A stretch of 64,000 nt of DNA. Origin: an uncultured Acidobacteriota bacterium. Its GTDB lineage: Bacteria; Acidobacteriota; Vicinamibacteria; Vicinamibacterales; CAVVIG01. Below, one piece after another: positions 52,837 through 64,000 of this stretch (position 1 is its first letter; each line of letters begins with the position of its first letter). The position numbers and the translations under genes are program-made. The notes beneath the pieces are model-generated. The model was not told where the DNA came from, made no database searches, and was given only the letters and a program-made list of their open reading frames with translations. Location of the stretch: contig CAVQZZ010000002.1 in assembly GCA_963718825.1 (NCBI GenBank), forward strand, positions 2,850,348-2,914,347, read 5' to 3'.

Positions 52837-55614
52837 TCAGTCCGGCTTCGCCGCGCTGAGGCGTCGCTTTGCATTCGCGACGACCACCTTGAAGGTGGGA
52901 TCGCCGCGCAGGGATTTCAAATCGACATCGGTCTGGATCGCGACCAGCTTTCCACGCCTCAATCCGTGTTCAACCGCGGCGCCGAGCACAGAGATCGCTT
53001 CGTCGTGTTTGTCCTGCAGCGCGAGAAGCGCCCCGAGCATATAGGCGGCCTCCGCGGTCCTGACATCTTCGGCGCCGAACACACGTCGAGAGACGTCGGC
53101 GACCTGCCGCGCCATCTCCTCGGCCTCGGCGTATCGGCGTTCTCGATACACGCAATCGATCAGCACGTTCATGTTGTTGATCGTGCTGGGATGTTCGAGC
53201 CCCACACTTCGTCGATAGATTTCGAGCGTCCGTCTGGCCAGCGCCTCTGCTTCCTGCAGCTTGCCCTGCATCGTGAGATCTGTGACGAGATTGCTCATCG
53301 GGGCGAGCGTGTAGGCGTGCTCCGGACCAAGAACGCGGCGGTTGATTTCGATGGCCGCTCGATTGAGCGGCTCCGATTCCGAATAGCGCTCCTGTTGCTG
53401 GAGGTTCAGCGCGAGATTGATCATGAGAGAGACCGTATCCGGATGTTCCGGGCCAAGGACGCGGCGGGCGATTTCGAGCGACCCTCGATTCATCTGCTCC
53501 GCTTCGGCGTATCTTTCCTGGCGTGCGATATCGCGTGCGAGATCCCTCATCGACGATAACGTGGCCTGGTGCCCTTCACCGAAGAGGTGACGGCGGATGT
53601 CCAGCGTTTGCCGGTCCAGCGATTCGGCTTCGACGAACTTGCGCTGGCCGCGAAAATCGCCGGCAAGGCCCTGCATCGTGATCACGGTTTGCGGGTGCTC
53701 GACCCCCAGCACTCGTCGCCGACGTGCAAGCACCTCCGAGTGGTATTTCTCGGCCTCGGCGAGGCGATCTTCTCTTTGGAGGACGTTGCCGAGACTGTTC
53801 ATCGGCCTCAGCGTGTCAGGATGATCTTCGCCGAGCGTCCGGCGCGCAATCTCGAGAGCCTCGCGATCCAACCGCTCGGCCTCTTGCAAGCGGCCTTCGT
53901 TTTCGACGGTAATCGCCAGACTGGCCATCGACCGCAGGGTGGCGGGGTCGCCCGGTCCAAGCACCCGCCGCGACGCTTCAAACGTCGCTCTCTCGAGCTT
54001 CTCGCCCTCGGCATAGTGGCCTCGGCGTCCCAGTGTCTCCGCCAGATTGTGCTTCGAGGCCAGCGCATGAGGATCGTCGGCACCCACAGTGCGTGTCCAG
54101 ATCTCGACCGCCCGCTCGAGCAGCGGTTGAGCGCTCGACGTCAGGCCAAGGCTCGAATACACGCTGCCCATCAAGTCCATCATCTGCGCCTGAAGAGGCG
54201 GATCCTTGGCGAGGCCAGCCTCGACATCTTTCGCCGCCCTGTCGAGAATCTCGCGCGCCGTGACGCTGTTCCCACGCGTTTCGCTCGGGTCCGCGACCTT
54301 GAACATGGTGGTCATGAAGTCGCTGATCCGATTCGCGCGATCGCGCTCTCGCGTAATCCGCCGCAGCTGGATCGCCTCGACGACCGCCGACGTCGCGAGC
54401 AGGATCGCAATCACGGCGGCCGCCGAAGTGCCAAAGCGATGCCGCCGCACGTACTTGCGCAGCCGGTAGCCGCTGCTTGCCGGCCGAGCCAGGATCGGCT
54501 GGTTCTGCAAATACCGCTTGATGTCGTCGGCCATCTCCGCCGGCGATCCGTATCGCCGGTCGCGGTTCCGCTCGAGCGCCTTCATCGTGATGGAGTCGAG
54601 GTCGCCTCGGAGCTGACGGGCCAAGGGCCCTGGCTCTGTTCCGCGTTCTTCTGCGGTCGTCGAAGCGGCCGCACCGATTCTGGTGCTCGGCTTCGGTGGA
54701 TCGTCCTCGCGCAACTGCCGCAGCGTTTCATCGAGCGGCAACTTCTGCTTCGCGTCGAACGGCAGCGCGCCGGTCAGCAATGCATAGAGCACGGCGCCGA
54801 GCGAGTACACGTCGGTCCGAGTATCCACGTCGTGCGAGCCTGAGTCTGCCTGTTCGGGGCTCATGTAACCTGGGGTGCCGACGAAGGTTCCGGCTCGGGT
54901 CAACATCGGGTCGTCCAACGGCGCGGTTGTGGCCTTTGCCAGGCCGAAGTCGATGATGCGCGGCGTGGGCTTGCCGTCAACCTCCACAACCAGAAGATTT
55001 GCCGGCTTCAAATCGCGATGAATGACGGCTTTCTGGTGCGCGTGCTGGACCCCTTCGCACGCGGCAAGGAACAGCTCCAGCCGCTCGCGGATCGTCAGCT
55101 TCTTCTGGTTGCAGTAGTCGGTGATGGGCGCACCCGGAACGTACTCCATCACGAAGAACGGTTGGCCATCGGGAGTGGCGCCCGCGTCGAAGACCTTGGC
55201 GATCGTCGGATGATCCATCGTTGCCAGCGACTGGCGCTCGGACTGAAAGCGGCGCAGGACCGCATCGTCGTAGATGCCGACGCGAATGAGCTTCAACGCA
55301 ACGTGCCTTCGCACGGGCGCGGTCTGTTCCGCGAGCCAGACCTGGCCCATCCCGCCTTCACCGAGCTTGCGTATCAACTGGTAAGGACCAATCGTCTTGC
55401 CTTCGGCGGTCGCGCCGACTCCTGGCGCATCCAGCCATGCAGGGATTGAGAGGCCGTCGGACGTTTTATAGGCAGAAAGGAGCGATTCGACTTCGAGGCG
55501 CAGGGACTCGTTCTCGCGGCAGGCTTCGCGCAGGAACGCATCGCGTGTTCCGGGCTCGCAATCGAGCGCCGCCGTGAAGATGTCCTTAGCTTTGTTCCAC
55601 TGTCCGGCGTCCAT
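52837..55614 (-). CDS. Hanks-type Ser/Thr kinase with TM and kinesin-light-chain-like TPR array
   Basis: GEGGMG, VALK, HRDLKPAN, DFG and GTPGYMSPE motifs; TM helix; repeated LGxxHPxTL...NLA. Confidence 0.96.
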   Translation of the reverse strand: MDAGQWNKAKDIFTAALDCEPGTRDAFLREACRENESLRLEVESLLSAYKTSDGLSIPAWLDAPGVGATAEGKTIGPYQLIRKLGEGGMGQVWLAEQTAPVRRHVALKLIRVGIYDDAVLRRFQSERQSLATMDHPTIAKVFDAGATPDGQPFFVMEYVPGAPITDYCNQKKLTIRERLELFLAACEGVQHAHQKAVIHRDLKPANLLVVEVDGKPTPRIIDFGLAKATTAPLDDPMLTRAGTFVGTPGYMSPEQADSGSHDVDTRTDVYSLGAVLYALLTGALPFDAKQKLPLDETLRQLREDDPPKPSTRIGAAASTTAEERGTEPGPLARQLRGDLDSITMKALERNRDRRYGSPAEMADDIKRYLQNQPILARPASSGYRLRKYVRRHRFGTSAAAVIAILLATSAVVEAIQLRRITRERDRANRISDFMTTMFKVADPSETRGNSVTAREILDRAAKDVEAGLAKDPPLQAQMMDLMGSVYSSLGLTSSAQPLLERAVEIWTRTVGADDPHALASKHNLAETLGRRGHYAEGEKLERATFEASRRVLGPGDPATLRSMASLAITVENEGRLQEAERLDREALEIARRTLGEDHPDTLRPMNSLGNVLQREDRLAEAEKYHSEVLARRRRVLGVEHPQTVITMQGLAGDFRGQRKFVEAESLDRQTLDIRRHLFGEGHQATLSSMRDLARDIARQERYAEAEQMNRGSLEIARRVLGPEHPDTVSLMINLALNLQQQERYSESEPLNRAAIEINRRVLGPEHAYTLAPMSNLVTDLTMQGKLQEAEALARRTLEIYRRSVGLEHPSTINNMNVLIDCVYRERRYAEAEEMARQVADVSRRVFGAEDVRTAEAAYMLGALLALQDKHDEAISVLGAAVEHGLRRGKLVAIQTDVDLKSLRGDPTFKVVVANAKRRLSAAKPD

Positions 55615-56197
55615 GGCGGCCCTTTTTCATTTCACGCGACAACCACGCCCGCGCCATCGCCCAGTCGCGCTTGACGGTAGCCGGAGAGATGTCGAGCGCC
55701 TCGGCGGCTTCTTCGATCGTCAGGCCGCCGAAGAAACGCAACTCGACAATTCGGCCTTGCTGCGGGTCGCGCTGCGACAGCGCGGACAAGGCGTCGTCCA
55801 GCGCCACGATGTCGGGCGCGCGCCGCGCTTGCGGCAGTTCGATGCCGAGCGTCAACTCCACCTGCAGCCCGGCGCCGCGCTTTGCGGCCTGGTGGCTCCT
55901 CGCGTAGTCCACCAGAATCTGTCGCATCAACCGCGCCGCGATAGCGACAAAGTGCGCGCGATTCTCGGTGTCGGCCGGGCGGCCGTCGAGGAGACGCAGG
56001 TACGCCTCGTGGACCAGCGCTTCGGTCTGCAGCGTATGCGACCGCCGCTCGCGCCGCAGATAACGATGTGCCACGGCACGCAGCTCGTTGTACACGAGGG
56101 GCACGAGCGCCTCCAGCGCCTTTTCGTTGCCCGTACGCCACTCGGCGAGCAGTTCGCTCACGTGTTGCGACGGCGCAGCCACCGCTACGTCCTCCAA
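55586..56197 (-). CDS. ECF sigma factor, TIGR02999/ECF43-type, kinase-associated
   Basis: PLVYNELRAVA, HTLQTEALVHEAYLRL, RQILVDYAR, VELRFFGGL and TVKRDW motifs; overlaps the kinase start. Confidence 0.93.
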   Translation of the reverse strand: MEDVAVAAPSQHVSELLAEWRTGNEKALEALVPLVYNELRAVAHRYLRRERRSHTLQTEALVHEAYLRLLDGRPADTENRAHFVAIAARLMRQILVDYARSHQAAKRGAGLQVELTLGIELPQARRAPDIVALDDALSALSQRDPQQGRIVELRFFGGLTIEEAAEALDISPATVKRDWAMARAWLSREMKKGRHGRRTVEQS

Positions 56198-56323
56198 TCC
56201 TCGGTTTCGCCGGAAGATAGCCCCCCCTTCCCATCAAGTCAAACCCGACCCCCGCAGATTAGTGAGCCAATTCGACTCCGCGTTTCCGCAACTGCCAATA
56301 GAGCGACAAATTAAGGAGGACCC

Positions 56324-57727
56324 ATGTTGCGCCGACGCCTTACGTCCCTCGCCGTTCCTGCCGCGACGTGCGCCATCGTGGCAGCCCTGACGCTGGCCGG
56401 CCGATCCGCGAAGGCCGACCATGCGGACGGCCTTTTCGCGTCGCCCGATCAGTTCGGTCAGCTGCGCACATTGACGACGAATGGCACATTCGATCTTGAA
56501 AACCCATTCTTCAAGGACCTCGGCACCAACGGCCGCGCATGTTTTACGTGTCACCGGCCGGATCAGGGCTGGACGATCACGCCGGAAGGTGTGCAGCGAC
56601 GGTTCACCGAATCGAGGGGGCTCGACCCGATCTTCCGCAGCAACGACGGGTCCAACTGCGACGGCGCGGATATCGACACGCTGAAAGGGCGCCGGACCGC
56701 CTTCAGCATGCTGCTCACGCGCGGTCTCATCAGAGTGGGGATCGACGTGCCGCCCGGTGCCGAGTTCACCATCGACAGCGTTGACGATCCCTACCGATGC
56801 AACGCGCCGCTGACCTCGGTGTCGATGTACCGCCGTCCGTTGCCCGCGACCAATCTCGGATTTCTCAGCGCGGTCATGTGGGATGGCCGCGAATCAACAG
56901 CCACAACGACCATCCTTCAGGACCTGGCCAAACAGGCAGACGATGCGACGATGGGCCACGCGCAGGCGGCGCGCCACCTGACCAGTCAGGAACAGCAGGC
57001 GATCGTGGCGTTCGAGACCGCATTGTTCACCGCGCAGGCCGTGAGCGACGAAGCGGGCTCGCTTCGAGCGGACGGGGCAAAGGGTGGACCGGTCGCGCTT
57101 TCGGCCGAGCCGTTCTTCATCGGTATCAACGATCCAGTCGGACTGAATCCGACGGGCGCGGCATTCGACCCACGGGCTTTCAGCCTGTTCAATGCGTGGA
57201 TGAATGCGTCCGGAGGTGACCGCGACGTCAGCCGTGCGCGCCGCGCCATCGCCCGCGGCCAGGCGATTTTCAACACGAAGCCGATCGTGCTCTCGGGCGT
57301 CGCCGGCTTGAACAACCAGACGTTCCCGAATGGGGTCACGGTGCCCGATCCGTTCACCGGCACCTGCACGACGTGCCACGACACGCCGAATGCCGGCAAC
57401 CATTCGGTGAAGGCGCCGCTCAACATCGGACTGACGGACGCCGCGCGTCGCACGGCCGACATGCCGCTCTACACGTTGCGGCGCACACTGACCGGCGAAA
57501 CGATTCAGACGACAGATCCGGGGCGGGCGATGGTGACAGGAAAATGGGCCGACATCGGGAAGTTCAAAGGGCCGGTTCTGCGCGCGCTGGCTGCCCGGGC
57601 GCCGTACTTCCACAATGGCTTCGCCTCGACGTTCGACGAGGTCATCGACTTCTACGAGAGCCGATTCAAGATTGGTTTCACGGCGCAGGAACGATCGGAT
57701 CTGATCGCGTTTCTCAGGGCGCTCTAG
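56324..57727 (+). CDS. Secreted diheme protein, bCcP/MauG superfamily
   Basis: SD AAGGAGG; signal peptide; [33 protein letters not shown] and APYFHNG motifs. Confidence 0.85.
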   Translation: MLRRRLTSLAVPAATCAIVAALTLAGRSAKADHADGLFASPDQFGQLRTLTTNGTFDLENPFFKDLGTNGRACFTCHRPDQGWTITPEGVQRRFTESRGLDPIFRSNDGSNCDGADIDTLKGRRTAFSMLLTRGLIRVGIDVPPGAEFTIDSVDDPYRCNAPLTSVSMYRRPLPATNLGFLSAVMWDGRESTATTTILQDLAKQADDATMGHAQAARHLTSQEQQAIVAFETALFTAQAVSDEAGSLRADGAKGGPVALSAEPFFIGINDPVGLNPTGAAFDPRAFSLFNAWMNASGGDRDVSRARRAIARGQAIFNTKPIVLSGVAGLNNQTFPNGVTVPDPFTGTCTTCHDTPNAGNHSVKAPLNIGLTDAARRTADMPLYTLRRTLTGETIQTTDPGRAMVTGKWADIGKFKGPVLRALAARAPYFHNGFASTFDEVIDFYESRFKIGFTAQERSDLIAFLRAL

Positions 57728-57748
57728 TCGGGTAACGATCCATCCTCG

Positions 57749-60360
57749 TTACTTTTTGTCAGCCGGTATCCCGTTCAAGACGACAGTTATTGGGGCCTTG
57801 ACGGCGTCGTGCATGACCTCGGCTGTCAGAAAGCGCTCGCCATCTGCTGAGACTTCGTAGCTCACGTCCGCCGCCGCGCTCGAGGGAGAACGATCAAACA
57901 GCCGTTTCAGGCGACTCGCGGTGAAGGTGCTCGTTGCGGCGACCGTCGCCGCCATCATCCGCCCCTCTGGAGCCACATAGAAGAGCTCCTGGCCATCGCC
58001 GCGCCACCGCGGTTTAGCGCCGCCGTCGGTCGACACCTGGTAACGGCTGCTCGGTTCGGGAAACGACTGCACGTACACCTCGGTTCGGCCGGACTCGTCC
58101 GACTGGTACGCGACCCATCGCGAATCGGGCGAAAACCGCGCTTCGGCCTTATCGAACTCGGACTGGAGATAGCGGCGCGGTCCATGATTCTTCACTGGAA
58201 GCACCCACAAGTTGCCGACCGCTTTCGGTCCTTCCTGGACGCCAAAGATCATGTATGCGCCGTCGCGCGACCAGTCCCAGAGAAACTTGTTAGCGGCCGA
58301 GATGAGGAGCGGCTCCGCAGTTCCATTCCCCTTCGACGAGGTGACGTAAATGTCAGTGTAACCTGTGCCCCGCCGGTTGGACGTAAACGCGATGCTTGCA
58401 TCGTCTGGCGACCATTTGGCATCTTCCGCCGTGCCATCGACTGTGACTCGGGTCGTGACGCCTCGCAAGACATCGACGACCCAGATGTCATCGAGAGACG
58501 TCTTCGGATCTTCAGCCAGGACGGCCACGCGTGTGCCGTCTGTCGAGAGCGAAAAAAACGAAAAGTCGAAGGCGCTGGTCGGCCTTCCGACCGTACCCAG
58601 CTTCTGGCCAGACCTTCCGAACCATGTCAACTGGGCGGTCGGAGCGGTCGTGAGCGTCTGATATGCAAGCACGCCGTTCCTGGACACCGAAAGGGCCGCC
58701 ATTCCGCCAACCGTCCCGGGGACCAGACGGCTCGCGATCGGGACAGGCTCGGACGTCAGGGCCAAGGTCCGCTCATCGAACGGCTGCGCGACAAACGGTC
58801 CGCGCAGATCCCGATTGAAGACCAGGTATCCGGGAACGGCAAACGATCGCGCGAACGACGTTTCGGTGACCACCGTCGTCGCAGGTGCATCGAGTGATCC
58901 GACCTTGACGACCGGCCTCTGATTGGCCTTGTTGAAGTAGACGGTGTAGATGAACCGCCGCCCGTCGCTCAGAAACTGAGGAAAGCGATGCGAACGTTCG
59001 GCGGCCGCCACGTCGATTCGTGTGACGGGGGTCGGCTCGCCGCCCCCGGCAGGCACCCGACTCAGTGTCCCTTCCGGCGACGACGCGAACACGATCACCC
59101 CGTCGCGATTCCACGCGCCGCCGCGTCCGGCCGGCGCTGCACAGATGCTCTGGACCAACCCGCCAGAGGCACGGACCCGCTTCAACTGCCCCTGCGAGAA
59201 GAATGCGAGCGACTGACTGTCTGGCGACCAGAACGGAAAGCCGAGAACGTCGAGGTCGGCAATCGGCCGCGCCTCGAGCGACTCGAGCTGCCTCACCCAC
59301 AATAGGGTCCTGCCGTCCTTCATGTGGCCGATGAAGGCGAGGGCCCGCCCATCAGGCGAGATCGTCGGTTCGTCGACTTCGCTTACATCATCGGGCGACA
59401 GCACCACGAAAGATGTCCTCGGCGCCGCCGTGACGCGAGACCCGCGTGAAATCGCGAAGGCCACGAGCAGGATCAGTGACGCGGCGGCCGCTGCCGCCGC
59501 GATCCACGCGGGCCACGATCGCGACCGCCCCGGCTCGTTCCCGTTCGTCGGCGCGGCGTTGGTCTGTCCCAGCCACTCGAGCTCGTCCCGCACGTCTGAG
59601 GCGCGCTGCCAGCGCTTCACCGGATCTGTCGCGAGACATTTTCTGATCACACGATCGAGCAGCGGCGGCTTGAGCGTTTGAAGCGGCGAGTCGTTGGCCG
59701 CTCTTCGGCCCGTGATCATTTCGTAGATGATCACGCCGAGCGCAAACACATCCGATCGCGCGTCTGCCGCGCGGCCTTCCCGCTGCTCTGGCGCCATGTA
59801 CTGAATCGTTCCCACCACGTCTCCAACCTGCGTCAGCGTGGGATTCCGTCGGACGGCACACCGGAGAGCGCCGATTCCTGATCGCTGTCCCTTTTTGCGA
59901 GGCCGAAGTCCAGCACTTTGGCGCCCGTCTCCGTCAGCATCACATTCGAGGGCTTCAGATCCCGATGCGTGAAGCCCGCGCGATGCGCCACGTCGAGAGC
60001 GTCCGCGAGCTCGATGGCGATTCGCAAGACATCCTCGAGCGGAAGGGCACCGCGAAGCAGGCGGTGCGCCAGCGTTTCGCCCGGCAAATATTCCATCACC
60101 AGGAACTCGAGGCCATCGTGTGAGCCGACGTCGTGGACGTTGCAGATGTGGGGGTGAGTGAAGCTCGCGATCGCGTGCGCTTCGCGCCGAAAACGCTCGC
60201 GCCGCTGCGGATCACCGGCAAGGTCCGCCGGCAGGATCTTGATCGCGACGACCCGGTTCAGCCGGGTGTCGCGCGCACGATAGACCTCACCCATCCCACC
60301 GGCGCCCAACGGCGCGACGATCTCGTACGGACCCAGTCGGGCGCCAGCGGCAAGCAGCAC
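57749..60360 (-). CDS. Ser/Thr kinase with TM and TolB/PD40 beta-propeller (indel near 59835)
   Basis: [30 protein letters not shown] and GTIQYMAPE motifs; repeated SPDG/WSPD. Confidence 0.92.
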
Positions 60361-60519
60361 TACCGCTATGTCTCCGTCGATCCTGCGGGCGTTACGAACG
60401 GGCCGAATGAAAAGCTGTTCCCCATCTTGCGCCACATGGTTTACCTCAATCGCACCCGCCGCAACAAGCCGCACGTCAAGGAAGGGCGCCCAGCGCAGTC
60501 GTGAGATGATTCGGGGGAA

Positions 60520-62868
60520 ATGAGACGACTTTCAATCCCCCGCGTCGCGGCCGCGCTCCTTCTCGCCGTCCCGATCCTTCTTCATGCCCAACAGCCGCCT
60601 CGCGATTCGATCGCGGACTCCTCACGCGGCGACATGATCGATCGGATCTTCCAGGCCCGCGAGTTCACGCCGCGGCCGGAGCCGCAGCCGCAGTGGATCG
60701 AAGGAGGTGGCGCGTACGTCCTTGTGGAATCCGGCGAAGGCGGGCGCCAAACGGGCGTCGTCCGATACGACAGCGCGACGGGCGCCAGACGCGACGTGCT
60801 GATGACCGCCGCGCAGCTCACGCCGCAAGGCGCGACCGCGCCGCTGCAGATCGAAGAGCTCTCCTGGTCAGCGGACGGCCAGCGCGCGCTCGTGTTCACG
60901 AACGGCCACCGCGTGTGGCGGACGAACGCGCGCGGCGATTACTGGCTGCTCGATCGTCGAGCCGGAACGTTGAAGAAAATCGGTGGCGATGCGCCCGAAG
61001 CGAGCCTGATGTACGCGCGCTTCAGTCCCGATGCGACCAAAGTCGCCTACATCCGCCAGAACGATATCTATGTCGAAGACATCGCCACCGGCGATACCGC
61101 ACGCGTCACGCGCGACGGCAGCGATCTTGTGATCAATGGTGCCGCCGATTGGGTCAACGAAGAGGAGCTCGATCTTCACGACTGCTACCGCTGGAGTCCC
61201 GACGGCAGCCGCATCGCCTTCTGGCAATTCGACCTGCATGATGTCGGCAACTTTCCGCTCATGTATTACCTCGGGAAGGAGCGCGAGATCGTCACGCAGG
61301 TGCCGTATCCGCAGACCGGGCCTTATCCATTGGCGATGAGCGTGCCGTACCCGCTCGCGGGGACGACGAACTCGGCGGTGCGTGCGGGCGTCGCGGACGC
61401 GAAAGGCGGCAGCGTCACATGGATGCAGCTGCCCGGGGACGCCCGCGATCATTACATCGCGCACCTCCAGTGGGCCGATCCGCGAACACTTCTCGTCCAG
61501 CAGCTCAATCGGCTGCAAAACACGGACGACTATCTGCTCGCCGACGCGGCTACCGGTGCGGCGCGGCAGATATGGCGCGATCGCGACGATGCGTTCATCA
61601 CGATTGGATTTGGAGGGTTGCCGGAAGCGCGCCCGATTCGTGACGGCGCAGAATTTCTCGTCTCGACGGAGAAGGATGGCTGGAAGCACGTCTATCGGAT
61701 TACGCGCGATGGACGCGACACGCTCGTCACGCGCGGCGACATCGACGTCGTCGCGCTCTCCGGCGTCGACGAGAAGAACGGGACGGCGTATTTCATCGCG
61801 TCCCCGGAGAACGCCACGCAGCGGTATTTGTATCGCGCGCCGATCGACGGCCGGAGCGAGCCGGTCCGCGTCACGCCACGCGAGTTCGGCGGCTCGAATG
61901 AGTACGCAATCGCGCCGGACGGCCGCCATGCATTTCACAGGTTCTCGAGCTTCGACGATCCCGGGATTCGGGAGCTGGTGTCGCTGCCGGACCACCACGC
62001 CGTCACGATCACGGACGACAACGCCGCGTTGAAAAGGAAAGTCGCGGCGCTCGTGCAGCCAGCGGTCGAGTATTTCAAGGCGGACGCCGGAGACGGGTTG
62101 CTGGTCGACGGCTACATGCTGAAGCCGGCGTCGTTCGATCCGTCGCGCCGTTATCCAGTGCTCGTCCACATCTACGGAGAGCCTGCGTCGCAGACCGTCG
62201 AGGATCGTTGGTCGGGTTCGACCGGGCTGTTCCACCGCTACGTCGCCAGCCTCGGCTATCTCGTCGTCAGCTTCGACAATACCGGGACGCCCGCGCCGCG
62301 CGGCCGCGCCTGGCGGAAAGCGGTGTACGGCGCCGTGGGCGTGCTGTCGTCCAGGCAACAAGCGGAGGCGCTGCGCTCGCTCGGTGCGGCGCGCAAGTAC
62401 CTCGATCTCGATCGCGTGGCCGTCTGGGGATGGAGCGGCGGCGGCACGAACACGCTCAACCTGATGTTCCGGTCGCCGGATTTGTACAAGGTCGGCATGG
62501 CGGTCGCGCCGGTTCCGGATCAGCGGCTCTACGACACGATTTATCAGGAGCGGTATATGGGCTTGCCGACGTCGAACGTCGAAGGTTACACGCAGGGCTC
62601 GGCGATCAACTTCGCGCAAGGATTGAAAGGCGACCTGCTCATCGTGCACGGATCGGGCGACGACAACGTGCACTATCAGGGCACCGAGCTGCTCGTGAAC
62701 CGCCTGATCGAATTAGGTAAACCGTTCGACTTCATGACCTACCCGGACCGCACGCACGCAATCGCGGAGGGTCCCGGCACGACGCCGCACCTGTATCACC
62801 TCCTCACGCGATATCTCACCGCGCACTTGCCAAGCGGACCTCGCGACGCGCGCACCGACGCGCGCTGA
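60520..62868 (+). CDS. S9B dipeptidyl peptidase IV family
   Basis: Signal peptide; [42 protein letters not shown]. Confidence 0.95.
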   Translation: MRRLSIPRVAAALLLAVPILLHAQQPPRDSIADSSRGDMIDRIFQAREFTPRPEPQPQWIEGGGAYVLVESGEGGRQTGVVRYDSATGARRDVLMTAAQLTPQGATAPLQIEELSWSADGQRALVFTNGHRVWRTNARGDYWLLDRRAGTLKKIGGDAPEASLMYARFSPDATKVAYIRQNDIYVEDIATGDTARVTRDGSDLVINGAADWVNEEELDLHDCYRWSPDGSRIAFWQFDLHDVGNFPLMYYLGKEREIVTQVPYPQTGPYPLAMSVPYPLAGTTNSAVRAGVADAKGGSVTWMQLPGDARDHYIAHLQWADPRTLLVQQLNRLQNTDDYLLADAATGAARQIWRDRDDAFITIGFGGLPEARPIRDGAEFLVSTEKDGWKHVYRITRDGRDTLVTRGDIDVVALSGVDEKNGTAYFIASPENATQRYLYRAPIDGRSEPVRVTPREFGGSNEYAIAPDGRHAFHRFSSFDDPGIRELVSLPDHHAVTITDDNAALKRKVAALVQPAVEYFKADAGDGLLVDGYMLKPASFDPSRRYPVLVHIYGEPASQTVEDRWSGSTGLFHRYVASLGYLVVSFDNTGTPAPRGRAWRKAVYGAVGVLSSRQQAEALRSLGAARKYLDLDRVAVWGWSGGGTNTLNLMFRSPDLYKVGMAVAPVPDQRLYDTIYQERYMGLPTSNVEGYTQGSAINFAQGLKGDLLIVHGSGDDNVHYQGTELLVNRLIELGKPFDFMTYPDRTHAIAEGPGTTPHLYHLLTRYLTAHLPSGPRDARTDAR

Positions 62869-62944
62869 GCTCGCATCCTTTCCCGCTCTGCGCTTGACAT
62901 GACCGGAAGGGAGGAACAAATGAAATCGAACGAGGAGAAGGCTC

Positions 62945-63445
62945 ATGGTCGTAAGCCGTGCAGCAAACACCGATAGTTTCATCGTCACGACGCCTTCGGA
63001 CACGGAGATCCGCATGACGCGCCTCTTCGACGCGCCGCGCGAACTCGTGTTCGAGGCGATGACCAAACCCGAGCACATTCGACAGTGGTGGGGACGGCTT
63101 GGCGAAGGCTATTCCGTCCCCGTGTGCGAGAGCGATCTGCGCGTCGGAGGGAAGTGGCGCTTCGTGAACCGGCACCCGAAGGGCGAGGCGGCGTTTCACG
63201 GCGAGCACAAAGAAATCACGGTTCCGAGCCGGCTCGTCTTCACCGAGATCTTCGAAGACTTTCCGGACGTCGTCTCGGTGGTCACGTCCGAGTTCGCGGA
63301 CGAGAACGGCAAGACGCGGCTCACGGTTTCCGTCCGCTACCCCTCGCGCGATGTGCGGGATATGGTGATAGCGTCTGGGATGGCCAAGGGCGCCGCGATC
63401 AGCTACGACCGGCTGGAAGACCTCGTCGCAACGCTGCAGCGCTGA
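62945..63445 (+). CDS. SRPBCC/AHSA1-family protein
   Basis: EIRMTRLFDAPRELVFEAMT, DLRVGGKWRF, RLVFTE and SYDRL motifs. Confidence 0.92.
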   Translation: MVVSRAANTDSFIVTTPSDTEIRMTRLFDAPRELVFEAMTKPEHIRQWWGRLGEGYSVPVCESDLRVGGKWRFVNRHPKGEAAFHGEHKEITVPSRLVFTEIFEDFPDVVSVVTSEFADENGKTRLTVSVRYPSRDVRDMVIASGMAKGAAISYDRLEDLVATLQR

Positions 63446-63450
63446 CGAAT

Positions 63451-63960
63451 ATGACACGACGTGAACGTTTGATGCGGTTCGTGGGCGCCGGTCTGCTGAC
63501 CGGCGTTACCGACGGTCTGTTCTCGAGCATTCTCAGCGTGGTGTTCTATCACTCGACGGCGACGCGGCTGTTCCAGGGCGTTGCGTCCGTGCTCCTCGGC
63601 ACGCGCGCGCTCGACGAAGGGATGCGGTCCGCCGCAATCGGCCTCGCCATGCATTTCGGCGTTGCGTTCGGATGGTCCGCTGTGTTTCTCCTGCTCGCTT
63701 CATCGAAGTGGATGCGGCGATTGCTGCACTCACGCTACGGCGTCGTCAAGGCTGCTTCGCTGTATGGACCGTTCATCTGGACGGTGATGTCGATCGTCGT
63801 CATTCCGGCGCTCGTCCGGCGGCCGCCGGTGATCAACGTCCGGTGGTGGGTTCAGTTCATTGGCCACATCCCGTTCGTCGCGCTGCCGATCGTGAGCGTC
63901 GTTTCCCTCGGATCACAGCGGCGCGAACACGTGCACGCGACGTCGTCGCCCTCTATTTGA
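63451..63960 (+). CDS. Hypothetical membrane protein
   Basis: Hydrophobic segments with FQGVAS, GLAMHF and GHIPFV. Confidence 0.75.
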   Translation: MTRRERLMRFVGAGLLTGVTDGLFSSILSVVFYHSTATRLFQGVASVLLGTRALDEGMRSAAIGLAMHFGVAFGWSAVFLLLASSKWMRRLLHSRYGVVKAASLYGPFIWTVMSIVVIPALVRRPPVINVRWWVQFIGHIPFVALPIVSVVSLGSQRREHVHATSSPSI

Positions 63961-64000
63961 AATCGGGCGGCGGCACTCTTTTTCTGGTGGCCTGCTCGAA

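Overview
High-GC window that looks like a soil Acidobacteriota (probably Vicinamibacteria) chromosome; the assignment is inferred from the PadR-ADOP permease pair, the DUF1592/DUF1552/ankyrin clusters and the TIGR02999 ECF-kinase pair. Many genes, including essential ones (ileS, prfA, lon), are broken by single-base indels, densest from about 7 to 33 kb. I treat these as long-read consensus errors, so split genes are reported as merged loci with approximate ends. Bases 1-33.9 kb are mostly housekeeping: DksA/TraR, lon, HDAC, NUDIX, rluD-like, lgt, lspA, ileS, an M16 pair, HIT, prmC, prfA, moaD/E, thiD, bioY, aspA, class I fumarase, fdhE, erpA-like, two cold-shock genes around tRNA-Sec, and an orphan DNA methyltransferase. 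Bases 34-46.4 kb hold two convergent paralogous DUF1592(diheme)-DUF1552(Tat)-ankyrin operons around a monoheme protein. Bases 46.5-64 kb are accessory: deletion scars, tRNA-Ala with an antisense recombinase remnant, an ECF43-type sigma/kinase pair, a diheme peroxidase-like protein, a second kinase and an S9 peptidase. Best leads: (1) the twin periplasmic heme/Tat/ankyrin system; (2) an ECF sigma with Glu at its usual phospho-Thr site; (3) short-unit (7-9 nt) inverted tandem repeats at gene ends; (4) an ABC pseudo-ATPase operon; (5) a recombinase remnant at tRNA-Ala and a collapsed TonB-receptor gene. All family assignments are from motif recognition only; no database searches were run.
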